The notes: generated by a model from the sequence alone, not told the origin. 64,000 nt of DNA from Candidatus Latescibacterota bacterium (GCA_965208105.1 OZ242318.1:3136001-3200000); one strand, 5' to 3'; positions 32,250 to 41,773 are shown, counted from the first letter of the stretch. A program made the numbers and translations.

Positions 32250-33074
32250 ATGCCAGGTATTATTGCTTTTCCTACGATCGTCGAGAAAGCCGTGGACGAA
32301 TTCGGCTGGATATTCGCCAACACCCCGGAGCGCTGGCATTTTGCCGAGTATCTGACCGGGCTGATGGTCGCCGAGCGCAAGAACGTTTCGGCGATCAACG
32401 CCGAGTTTACCCAAGCCACAGATCAATCCTGCCTGAACCGTTGGATCACTCAGGTGCCGTGGGACGTGGAACAACTCAACGAACATCGTTTGGCCTGGCT
32501 GCAGGGCCATTCTTCGACCCGCTATTCAGCGCGGGGGGTGATCGCCATCGACAACACCCTGGTCGGCCATAGCGGGGAGATGATCTAGGACGCGGGTTGG
32601 TTCCGGGACCATGCCGAGGGGCGCCATCTGATTGCGCACGACTACGTGATCGCCAACTACGTGTGTTCGTCGGGGAAACCTTATCCTTTGGAGTTTCGCC
32701 GATTTCGCAAGCGGGAAGAGGGCGTCGAAGGCGAGTCGGCCGAGCCCTTCAAGAATCACACGGACCTGTTCAAGGAGTTGGTGGACTGGGTGGTGGAGCA
32801 AGAGATTCCGGGTGATTTCGCCTTTGACTGCTACTTCACCAGTGCCAGGAGTCTCAACCATATCCAAGGCCATACGTGCGGCTTACGTGGGGGATTTGAA
32901 GAGCAACCGCAAGGTCCGCTTCAAGGGCACTGAGATGAAGGCGGTCGAGTGGGCCGCCGAAGTAGCCCCCGAGGAGCGCAAGAGGGTCGACATCGGCGAT
33001 CGCAAGCAGTGGTATTACACCCGAACCGTGCGTCTTTCCCCAGGTCGATCACCCAGTTCGCCTGGTGATTCTAG
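32250..33074 (+). pseudogene. IS701-family transposase pseudogene
   Basis: HFAEYLTGL...RKNV...IAIDNT...FDCYF; in-frame TAG at 32586, a frameshift and 3' truncation. Confidence 0.75.
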
Positions 33075-33144
33075 CGTAAATTTTTTGTAGGCGACGCAAA
33101 ATTATCGAGAACCCAAATGCAAAGCATCAACCTTCTGATCCTTC

Positions 33145-34323
33145 TCAATCGAGAATTAATGACTTGATTTCTGCCCAGCCTGTAATGTACCTGGTTTCAC
33201 CTGGTGGCGTTCCTTGAGGAGCGGGTGACCACATTGGTCGCCGTCCAGGGGTGAGGACCCTGCTACTGGTTCCGTCTGAGCTGATGACATGCAACATCGA
33301 CTTTTCTTCTCCAGCTTCTGGCTGTATGGCAACCACGATCCACTGACCGTCGGGGGACCATGAAAGTTCCTGTGGCTTCGATCGTACGTTCCCCTCTAGC
33401 AACTGGGATTCCTCATCGGTTGAAAGATCGATAATGAACAAGCCCGGCTGTTGGTATGATGCACCTGTAAAGCCACGCGTGTAAGCTAATCGCTGACCGT
33501 CAGGGGCCCAGGCGCCATAGGTTGCCCATGTACGAATGAATCTGGCCTGTCCTGTGGAAACATCGAGTACGTGCAGATCGTGCCAACCGTCGTCTCCTGT
33601 CCGGACAAGTACCTCAGTTTGGTTCGGAGCGAAAGGAGAACCAGACGAGTCCTCGACCCACCCATTTTTAAAAATCAATCTGTCCTCACTCCCATCGATC
33701 GACCGCACAAACAGGTTCGTCAAAAAAACCCCGACATCAAGGTGATACAATAGCCTTTCGCTGTTTGGAATCCACACCGGTTTATAGCCGCGACCCAACT
33801 CTCTCTCCTTCCCAGTTGCAACATCAATCAAGTACAGCATATCCTTATCCTTGTGCTCAATAACCAGTAGTTTGCCGTCACTTGAAAGGGAAGCACCTAG
33901 GCCGGCTCGGAAAGTTTTTGTAGCACCGAATCTTCCCAGGAGGATCGAAGTTCCGGCATCTCGAGCAAGTAAAATTCGAATCCCATCGGGAAGCCAGTGA
34001 TAGAATCGGCCCTCACCGATTTTGGCCTGGCCGGTACCGTCGGGATTGATGATGTGCAGGCCATCTCTTTCGTACAGAATCTGGCCCCCTGCGGGATCGC
34101 AGATCCCCAGGGAGGCCATGGTAATAAAAATGATTGCAAATCGTCTAATTAGTCTGGTTTGTGAAATACCTGAGCGGCGTGCCAAACCCCTAAGGAATCT
34201 CCATGACAGAATAGGGATGGATGTCGAATGACGATTCCGGTAGGTGGACCAAGCAAGGGGAATCCGAAGCTCCCGGTGGCGAGTGTCCCCCTGCGAAAAC
34301 CCGCTGTCAACTGACCTCGCCAT
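33145..34323 (-). CDS. TolB-like beta-propeller protein with C-terminal GWAEIK motif (true start probably near 34150)
   Basis: WAPDGQRLAY, WSPDGQWIV repeats; signal-like RRFAIIFITMASLG; ends RYITGWAEIKSLILD. Confidence 0.75.
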   Translation of the reverse strand: MARSVDSGFSQGDTRHRELRIPLAWSTYRNRHSTSIPILSWRFLRGLARRSGISQTRLIRRFAIIFITMASLGICDPAGGQILYERDGLHIINPDGTGQAKIGEGRFYHWLPDGIRILLARDAGTSILLGRFGATKTFRAGLGASLSSDGKLLVIEHKDKDMLYLIDVATGKERELGRGYKPVWIPNSERLLYHLDVGVFLTNLFVRSIDGSEDRLIFKNGWVEDSSGSPFAPNQTEVLVRTGDDGWHDLHVLDVSTGQARFIRTWATYGAWAPDGQRLAYTRGFTGASYQQPGLFIIDLSTDEESQLLEGNVRSKPQELSWSPDGQWIVVAIQPEAGEEKSMLHVISSDGTSSRVLTPGRRPMWSPAPQGTPPGETRYITGWAEIKSLILD

Positions 34324-34455
34324 CTTGGCCCTTTCGTATCCCCTCGCTAACTCTTGCCCGTTCGTGGTTCACCTCCGAAACGGAGCAGGTTGCCGTCCGA
34401 ATCCAGGACGTGCAATTCGCAAGGGGCGCATTAGCCGATTGTGTAGACCCGCTGA

Positions 34456-34722
34456 TCACTGAGTCTGCCGGGCATGTGCGTGTCTCTCGAATACGGCCTC
34501 GAGGGTGCCATTGTACTTGGCACAACGCAATGCCAGCATGTGGTTGCTGGAGGCCTCGTACCACCAGGCGCCCGAGCGCTTCAGGCGCACTTGAGCAACG
34601 AAGCGATGGGCCGACTCGATGGCTCCCGAGCCAATGGGGTACCCGCCTTTGCGATGACTTTCATACTCCACTCGAGACAGATGCTCGGTCAGATTGCTTA
34701 CGGCGGCCGTGATCGCCTTGAA
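34456..34722 (-). mobile_element. ISKra4-family transposase C-terminal fragment
   Basis: GGYPIGSGAIESAHRFVAQVRLKRSGAWW, similar to 29854-30100. Confidence 0.8.
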
Positions 34723-34873
34723 GGTCGTGGAGATTAATGCCGAATTGGGCGGCCTGTTGCTCAAGGATATCCTGTTCGGCAGGGTGAAGCCCATCTGAAT
34801 GAGCTACCTTGGAGAGGGTCGCGAGGTACAATTTCGGCGAAAATCCATCAAGGGGGTCCGGCAGGAAATTCAT
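34723..34873 (-). pseudogene. TerB-like protein N-terminal fragment truncated by the IS remnant
   Basis: YLATLSKVAHSDGLHPAEQDILEQQAAQFGI resembles the TerB A.ADG....E motif. Confidence 0.5.
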
Positions 34874-35180
34874 AGTTACTTCTCCATAAAGTCATCGAGA
34901 TCGTCGGTATTTCGAGCCCCATCTGCTTGAACCCTTGGACTGACCGTTCAAAACCAGAGAATCGCTGTATTTTATGTTCTTTGCCGCGGGAGTCCAGGCC
35001 TACCCATGTGGATCTATGGCTCCCCTTTCTTACCAATTTTCCATCTGCTACAAACCATTCGCCTGCACCGATTGATTCAAGCTCCTGGTAGTACCAATAG
35101 GCGCTGCGGTAGGTGCGGTCCTCATGAAGCGTGATGCCGGAGATCACGACGCTTTGTGAGTTGATTTCATCTTTACGCAC
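34848..35180 (-). CDS. Hypothetical protein (probably 5'-truncated)
   Basis: 110-aa ORF next to the IS left end, overlapping the TerB-like start. Confidence 0.4.
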   Translation of the reverse strand: MRKDEINSQSVVISGITLHEDRTYRSAYWYYQELESIGAGEWFVADGKLVRKGSHRSTWVGLDSRGKEHKIQRFSGFERSVQGFKQMGLEIPTISMTLWRSNYEFPAGPP

Positions 35181-35220
35181 CCATAGTCAAACCATTTGAT
35201 CTTCCAGGTTTCTTTCTTTT

Positions 35221-36744
35221 GGGTGTAAGTTCTGATTTACGCAGGTACCGACAAAAATGGGATCCCGATTTCGGGCACGAAAGTATATTGGGGTTAGCAC
35301 CTTAGGCCCCATCCCGGAAGGAGATCCCAGATGAAAGATACGAAAGATTTTTCGGTCTGTGTGGCGAATTTGGAAAAAAATGTCTGTCAGTGGGAAATGC
35401 AGTTGCAGGAGCGACCGGACCCGGCGTCGTTTCGAGAGGCGGTCGCCGGGTTGCGCACCGCGCTGGAGCAGGTCGGGCGGACGGGCTTTTTGAAGCTGGC
35501 TCAAGCGAGTGAAACGACGGCCGAGACCGTGGTGTGCGAGGGCACCGTGGTTCGCTTCAAGCAGTGGGCTGACAAGCAGTGGTTGACCCTTTGGGGCAAA
35601 GTCTCGGTGTCGCGGCGGCTGTTTCAACCCGATCGCGGGGGCTCCAGTTGGGTGGCGCTGGATGAGCACTGCGGTATGGTGGGCCGCTTCATGGTGCCGG
35701 AATTGGAGCGCGTGACGGCCGAGGTGGAGGACAGCCTCGCCGAGCTGCTGCCGAAAGGACCCTCGTGCACGGCGATTCAACACCTGTTGGCCGCCGTAGG
35801 GCAGCACGCCGAAGAGGCCGCCGACGCCTTGGAAGAGGCCATGGAAGCCCAGGCGCCGCTGGAGGTAGCCGCCGACACGCTGGTGGTCGGATGGGATGGC
35901 GTCCACGTGCCCCTGCGCCAGACCGCACCGAAACGAGGGCGCCCGCCGGAGCGGCCCCAAGCCTCGGACCCGCCCACGACCACCACCGCTTGGAGAGAAG
36001 CCAGCGTAGGTATGGTGGCCACCTACGCGACCCCGCTGGAGGCGGAAAACGAAGCGCCGTAGCGCGTCGATGTGCGCTACGTCAGCCGCAGGCCCGAGGC
36101 GAAGATGCAGCGGCTGATCGACGGCATGGTGGATTTGACCGAACGGACCCTGCAACGCGGCTCGTTTCGGTTTCGGGTTTTCCTGGCCGATGGGAAACGG
36201 GAGATCTGGCGGCGGGTGGACGAGCAGCCCGTGTTCGCCGATTTCATTCCCATTCTGGATTTCTATCACGCCGCCGACCATCTGTCCAAAGCGGCGGAGC
36301 ATCTGTTCGGCAAGGCCTCGAGCAAAGCCAACCACTGGTTTACATCGTGGCGCCACAAACTGTGTCATGAGGAGGGGGCGGCCGATCGTTTGCTGCGCTC
36401 GTTGGCCTATCACCGGGGCAAACTCAAGAAGGGCTCGCACCGCTATCGCCAGGTGACCGGCGAGATGGGCTACTTTCGTCACAACCGAGACAAGATGGAT
36501 TATGCCGCCTTCCAGGCGGCCGGTCTGATCATCTCCAGTGGGCCGGTGGAGGCGGCGGCCAAAACCATCGTCGGACACCGGCTCAAACGCAGTGGCATGC
36601 GTTGGACGAAAAGAGGAGGCCAGCACATTCTCAACCTCCGCGTTCACGTGCAGTCCAAGCGCTGGGATCCATTCTGGGAATGGCACCTGCGACATTCAGA
36701 CCAACGGGTGCCCGCCACAGCTGCGTAAATTCAAGGTTACACCC
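35221..36744 (+). mobile_element. ISKra4/ISLre2-like element; transposase 35331-36728 interrupted by an in-frame TAG at 36060
   Basis: IRs GGGTGTAAGTTCTGATTTACGCAG / CTGCGTAAATTCAAGGTTACACCC; WDGV, LADG, ILDFYHA, SGPVEAAAK, RLKRSGMRW. Confidence 0.85.
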
Positions 36745-36804
36745 CTATTATATAGGTCGGCCTTTATTTGTTTCGTAATTCCTGCTTTAAGGTCTTGCCG
36801 TCGG

Positions 36805-37197
36805 TCATCGCTTCTTTACTTCCTCTTCAGCAATCATGAGGGTGGTCGGCCCCGCGACGGAGCGCACGAACAGCCTCGATCCAGCGTCTAGCTTGAACAT
36901 CGAATGTGGTATCACATCCAGCTCGAACAGGTGTTCGGATTGGGGGTCCAGGATCAGTCCCGAGGTGGCATCGAGGTTCGCGGGAGCGGTCGCGCCAATG
37001 TAAAACCATACCGGGTCCTGGTCCTCATCGAGGAGGCTCAGGCCATACTCCACGTTGGCCTCTAGGTCGATGTATTTGCCCACATCGACGGTCTGGGCGG
37101 CAGGAACGAGCAATGTAAAGAAGAAAGAGAGTGCCCCCAGGTCAAAGGCAGTGACGACCGGTCGGGGGGATTGAACAGGTCTCATAAGGACTTCCAC
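36805..37197 (-). CDS. Hypothetical protein
   Basis: 130-aa ORF with beta-rich composition, divergent from the structured tract. Confidence 0.55.
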   Translation of the reverse strand: MEVLMRPVQSPRPVVTAFDLGALSFFFTLLVPAAQTVDVGKYIDLEANVEYGLSLLDEDQDPVWFYIGATAPANLDATSGLILDPQSEHLFELDVIPHSMFKLDAGSRLFVRSVAGPTTLMIAEEEVKKR

Positions 37198-37299
37198 CTG
37201 CGCGAAAGATTGTTATTTGATGGTCTGCGAGTGTTCGTCCGACAACAATAACTTCCCTTAAAGATAATTAAGGGAGAGGTTAAAATAGGGGCAAATGGA

Positions 37300-38450
37300 T
37301 GTATGCTCTTTATTTTCTGGGGGAAGGCTCAGTTTCCTGCCTGTTTTCGTCGATTTCTATCCGGATCTTACGATCCGGCCGGACCTCTCCCTACGTCGAC
37401 CTCAGTCCATGCAGAAAAGCCTTTCCCTGGTCTCAGACGAAACAAAACAGGCTTCCCGCTTTGCCTGGAGACGGAAGGTGCGTAGTACAAAGGAGGGAAA
37501 ACCGATGCACACCCCAAGAAACGACTGCCAGAGGGCTGCCAGATACAGTTTCGCAGCTAAAAAAGGATAGACGCAAATTTTACGTCTACCCTTCCGGTCT
37601 GGCATCCTGCCGGAATCACTTCGACTTCCAGTGATTCAGAATGATCCGAATCCCTTCCAGCGCGATCTCCAGCAGTGTGGCCAACCCTCGCGGCATCATC
37701 AGGTATCACCCCCTCCCTGCCTCTGGATAAACCTTCGGTCTGTCCTCCATTTGATACTCCATTGCCCGGGTATGGGTCTTTCCAACCGGTCCACGGCTCG
37801 CCTGTGCGAGTGATCCTGAAATTCAGGTCTGAAACTCCCCGGCAAGCAAGATTCTGTCTGGGACCGGTACCAAAGGAGAGACCTTTGGTGCCCTTGAGGG
37901 TGGGCACATTGGCTACAGGTGAAGAATGTGCGAAAGCCCCAGCGCAAAGGGCCACCAGGGTCCTACCAACCTGGGAGCGATAGAGACCTCGAGCCTGAAT
38001 CGGATGCCTCGGGGAGGGGGTAGATCTCAGTACCCACCCTCGGCCGGTCATGCCCCTTGGACCTTGAAAGCCGACAGCAGTATCGCCTCCGGTGGACTTT
38101 GGACCACCACCCAAAGTACACCCGGCTGGGGATGACTTCTTGGGTCGAGAGGTGGGCCCTGCAGTGCCGGTCAATGGAGCCCACCCGATTTGGAGAAGGT
38201 CTCTACCGGCACTGCAGAGCACCACAGCGCAACCCCTGCGGGGGTGCATGAGACGGGTCTCCCGCGGAACCCTGCACTCTCCCACAGCCATTGCGCGAAG
38301 CAGACCAACGGCTTGGATCCTGTCAGGACCGGGAATTGTTTCCTTTCATCCATGGTGCCCTTTCTGGTAAGAAATGGGGGATCGGGTTTGAAGAATCTTT
38401 TTTCTGATCCGGCCCTTCCATGCCGTAGCGGGTGGACCACGGCTGTAGCG
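37300..38450 (+). ncRNA. Candidate large structured non-coding RNA (family unknown)
   Basis: No credible ORF; more than 15 nested stems including a 13-bp perfect stem (38159-38171/38205-38217) and crossing pairings; G-U pairs favour the + strand. Confidence 0.5.
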
Positions 38451-38465
38451 GGGGTCTCCCTTCCC

Positions 38466-38903
38466 TTAGACCATCCCCGTTTCCTTCATGGACAGGTTTC
38501 GGTCGGGAGGAGCGACGATGATATGGTCGAGCACCTCAATCCCCACAAGGCGGCCGGCTTCGACCAGGCGGTGGGTGAGATCGATATCGTCCTTCGACGG
38601 TGACGGGTCTCCACTGGGGTGATTGTGGGAAAGTATGAGCGAACAGGCGCCCTTGAGGATAGCCGACTTGAACACTTCCCGGGGATGTACCTGCGCTGCC
38701 GTCTGGCTGCCTATCGAGGTGATTTCGTGGGCCACGACCCGGTTACGTACATCAAGGTGGAGGACGACAAACATCTCCCGGTCGGCCATTTTGATATCCA
38801 AGGTATCGAGATAGGTGGCTACGTCTCCGGGGTTCTCAACAGGTTCGGAAATTACCTCGTTCCAGACCTGTTTAACCTTGCGTTCGACTACTTCGATTTT
38901 CAT
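38466..38903 (-). CDS. radC: RadC-like JAB domain protein (short, mobile-element type)
   Basis: DREMFVVLHLD, VHPREVFKSAI, HNHPSGDPSPSKDD, VLDHIIV. Confidence 0.95.
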   Translation of the reverse strand: MKIEVVERKVKQVWNEVISEPVENPGDVATYLDTLDIKMADREMFVVLHLDVRNRVVAHEITSIGSQTAAQVHPREVFKSAILKGACSLILSHNHPSGDPSPSKDDIDLTHRLVEAGRLVGIEVLDHIIVAPPDRNLSMKETGMV

Positions 38904-39449
38904 GAAGAATCCTTCTTCTGAAGAAACTTCCTGGGTTTTTGATTCATTAAATTGGCCGAAATTACAGATCCACACTCCGATTCGATCAATGGCAGACGCG
39001 TCCAAACAGGTTGGGTGAGAGGTGATGAATTGCGGCACCATGGGGTGACTGGAAGTACGACTACTTTGATGTGATTTGAAGAATCAATCGGAGGAGTCCG
39101 ACAGGCAAGATGGAGAGCCTAGGTACAGCGCTTTGGGCAGCAGAGATCTCAACAGGGAGGATTGGAAAGAGCGGTTGACGGAAGGATCCTGGGTGGAGGG
39201 CTTTAGGCGGGCGCGGACCAAGTGCTATGGAGGGTGTTCAATCACCAGGTTTTGGGGGCTTACGGGACACTGGAATGCTTTCCAGGATGTTTCGGAGGGG
39301 ATCCTTGAGGAAAGTCCCGGGAAGCCTCAGATCAGTCTTCCCAATGAATCGGCTCCCATAATTATCCCGGTGGGAATTCTCAAGCCATCAGGGGGAGTTC
39401 GGGGGATATAGAGCACGTATATGGCAGCTATCAAAGCGGATAGACAAAA

Positions 39450-39659
39450 CTATTCCCCATCAGCCCTTACCCAGCCTTCTCCCCGGTGTGTGATGGTCTT
39501 GATCTTTGAGAGACGAAACTCAAGCTCTCTGACCTCTCCTCCATACTTCTTGCGGTGAGCGGTAGCACCAGGCAGGGTTTCAAACTTATCCACCTTCTTG
39601 TTTTTCACGACTACATATCGGCGGATAACCCAACTGGGCAGGTTTATTTCGTCGGACAT
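39450..39659 (-). CDS. Small basic hypothetical protein
   Basis: AAGGAG RBS; 69 aa. Confidence 0.6.
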   Translation of the reverse strand: MSDEINLPSWVIRRYVVVKNKKVDKFETLPGATAHRKKYGGEVRELEFRLSKIKTITHRGEGWVRADGE

Positions 39660-39859
39660 GGTGTTCTCCTTTGTAGGCGCAAGGCAGGGAAAAATACTCT
39701 ACAAAGGGTTATACCACATTATTGAATAAATCGCCCCAGGAGCCTGGAGGGAGTGTCAGCAATCTGGATTTCAGGTAAGGGGTGAGAGGCAGGGATACGC
39801 TTTGCCCAAGAGAAGGCGGTGGGCAATAGTACGTGCAGATAAGGATAATGGAGTAGATC

Positions 39860-40300
39860 TGTCGCCCGTAGTGGCCAGCCAGGCGAGGCCTATTTGCACC
39901 TTTGGCCTTACGGGATCCAGAAGCCTGGAGCCCGTTTAGGGGCAGGACTCCTTCACGCTGAGATGCCAGCGCATCTCTGTCTTCGTAGTGCCCGCCAACT
40001 CAGGTTTCCGTTGCGGAGCCTCGTTCTTGGTAGGAAGAGGGAGCCTGGACGATTGAGGCCACCACAATGGATCCCTGGCTGAGCAGCAACCCGCGCCCGA
40101 ACAAAACCTGCCTCGAACGACGATCCATTGCCTCAGTCTAACGATGGTGAAAGAGAAAGTGGCGAAACTTGCAGATTGCCCTCTCCTCTGGAATGCCGTC
40201 TATACCCACCCCCGCAAAGCGACGCATGGATGCCACGTCATACAGGCTGTCTTCCATCGCCCTTCCGTATAGGTAGTTCCGCCACTTTGACCTTCCCCAC
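39860..40300 (+). ncRNA. Second candidate structured non-coding RNA
   Basis: Consecutive stems, e.g. CAATGGATC/GATCCATTG, AAAGTGGCG/CGCCACTTT, GAGATGC/GCATCTC; no credible ORF. Confidence 0.4.
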
Positions 40301-40408
40301 GAGTGGTACCTATTTCAAAGTTAGGTCTGGAAAATTGATGAGTCCAACCTATCAGTCCCTGGTGGACCTCCTCAGACCCCCTTCCGGGTCAACCTGTCCC
40401 ACCCCAGC

Positions 40409-40708
40409 TTGTTCGATCAGCTCAAGATCGTCGCCAATCCCGGCTCCGAGCGCCTTATCGAGCTGGGGCTCGTCAGGCCCAACTCCAATACTCGTTCCTA
40501 CTGTACAGCGGAGGGCAACGATACCGTCCGCCGCAAGCCTGGGCAGAACGTATACATCCAAGTCTGCGGATCCGGGGAGGCCTTCATCGTCATCAAGACC
40601 ATCGAGGACGTGGCCATCGACACGCTCTCCTTCGAGGTGGGGCAAACGGTTTTGGAGGAGCCGCTTACCGGTCGTTTGGAGCCCAGTCTGTCCCTGCTAC
40701 ATCTCTAG
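40409..40708 (+). pseudogene. Fragment of a surface protein carrying the two-Cys domain also found in 8161-9948
   Basis: DQLKIVANPG...RSYCTAEGND...VCGSG aligns with DSLKVIVNGPG...RTYCGPERED...GCATG. Confidence 0.55.
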
Positions 40709-40785
40709 AAGCTCCCACAAAATAATCGACTCGATGCCACCGTAGCTTGCAGGCAATATCGAGCCGAAAATTTCGAGCTTGGCGG

Positions 40786-41193
40786 CTATTCGGCATCCCA
40801 CCAAATTGAATTTGCAACAATTGCCTCGCGGATTGGACCTTTCTTGCGACCCTTTATCAGGGAATGGGCACAGTTGGGGCCATGAACAGGGTCCACAACC
40901 GGATCGTAAATGACATGCTGCTTCCACTCGGGAACTATCTGGCCCACTCGTTTGGGATTGCGAGGATTCTTGATATTGTCACAAACCGAGATTTCAATCA
41001 CTCGCGTCTTTCCTTCCGCAACGTGAAATGATTTCGAAGGATCAGGTCGGAACTTCTTCCAGTCACAAGAGAGCTCGATTTCCCAAAAAATTGAGGAGGG
41101 TATCTCCACTTGGCCTTTAGGAAAGGCATCCCTGCGACACCACTTGTATAGCACCTCTCCATTTGGAATTTCACTACCGGGAGAGGGTTTCAT
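40786..41193 (-). CDS. Putative ADP-ribosyltransferase-fold toxin (third gene of the TIGR04255 cassette)
   Basis: E.LY.....PSS.F....LS.DW...V..DP.....N.AH..I.G pattern; overlaps the upstream gene. Confidence 0.5.
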   Translation of the reverse strand: MKPSPGSEIPNGEVLYKWCRRDAFPKGQVEIPSSIFWEIELSCDWKKFRPDPSKSFHVAEGKTRVIEISVCDNIKNPRNPKRVGQIVPEWKQHVIYDPVVDPVHGPNCAHSLIKGRKKGPIREAIVANSIWWDAE

Positions 41194-41773
41194 ATTGAGA
41201 AATTACCATGCCAAGCAACTCGTTTCCCTTTATGTTGTGTTCGAAATAGCGCCCGCCAAATAGAACTTCCAGATCAACGCGATTATCGTTTGTTATTACC
41301 ACGTTGATTGCATTTTCATCATCTGCATGAAGTTCGACAATTATTCCTCCGCTTGGAATAGGGCCCATAACTATCCTCGGAATGAGGGCGATTTCCTCAG
41401 TGATAACTTTCTGGTTAATGTAACCCAGCAATAATTGGGAAAGGAAAATCGCCGAGTTGGATGGCTTGTCCGCGCCTCCGGAAATCCAATCTGGTTCGAG
41501 ATTCTGCAATCCTTGGAGATATCTAAATCTGTCGGACACGAGAGAGGAGAAATTCCGAATCCCTGTTTCCTTCCAGTTGCCTGATCGACCACGACCAAGA
41601 TTGTTATCAGCGTAAAAATGGGAAATATCCGAGACGTCAAGGATGCAGGGCTTCTCACCGAATCCTGAAACAGGAGTTGCATCAAGTAGGTTAACTGCTC
41701 GCACGTCTCCACCCCAAATCACTGATGGCGACCACTCATTTAAGTAGGGGACTTGGACAGTGTCTATTCCCAT
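41174..41773 (-). CDS. Hypothetical protein, putative antitoxin (middle gene of the cassette)
   Basis: LQNLEPDWISGGADKP...PIPSGGIIVEL pattern, which I associate with TIGR04255 neighbours; overlaps both flanking genes. Confidence 0.55.
   Translation of the reverse strand: MGIDTVQVPYLNEWSPSVIWGGDVRAVNLLDATPVSGFGEKPCILDVSDISHFYADNNLGRGRSGNWKETGIRNFSSLVSDRFRYLQGLQNLEPDWISGGADKPSNSAIFLSQLLLGYINQKVITEEIALIPRIVMGPIPSGGIIVELHADDENAINVVITNDNRVDLEVLFGGRYFEHNIKGNELLGMVISQYETLSR

Noticed and set aside
32586-36062. In-frame TAG codons in two transposases as recoding or pyrrolysine
   Set aside because: Many intact genes here end in TAG, and the IS701 copy has other lesions; ordinary nonsense mutations suffice
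35187-36695. Long antisense or alternative-frame ORFs (also 58082-60070, 17154-18092, 29851-30759, 61925-62887)
   Set aside because: Shadows of GC-rich genes on the opposite strand with no independent motifs
37557-38291. 244-aa ORF and other short ORFs across the structured tract
   Set aside because: Gly/Arg/Pro-rich composition, no clear RBS, no motifs; typical spurious ORFs in GC-rich non-coding DNA
38420-38470. Group II intron domain V/VI-like ending for the large structured tract
   Set aside because: GCCGT/ACGGC hairpin lacks the AGC/CGC triad geometry, GNRA loop and 2-nt bulge; cannot be called an intron
39307-39321. GAGGAAAGTCC, the RNase P RNA signature
   Set aside because: No matching downstream P4 partner (ACAxAAxxCGGC-type) or other RNase P elements at a suitable distance
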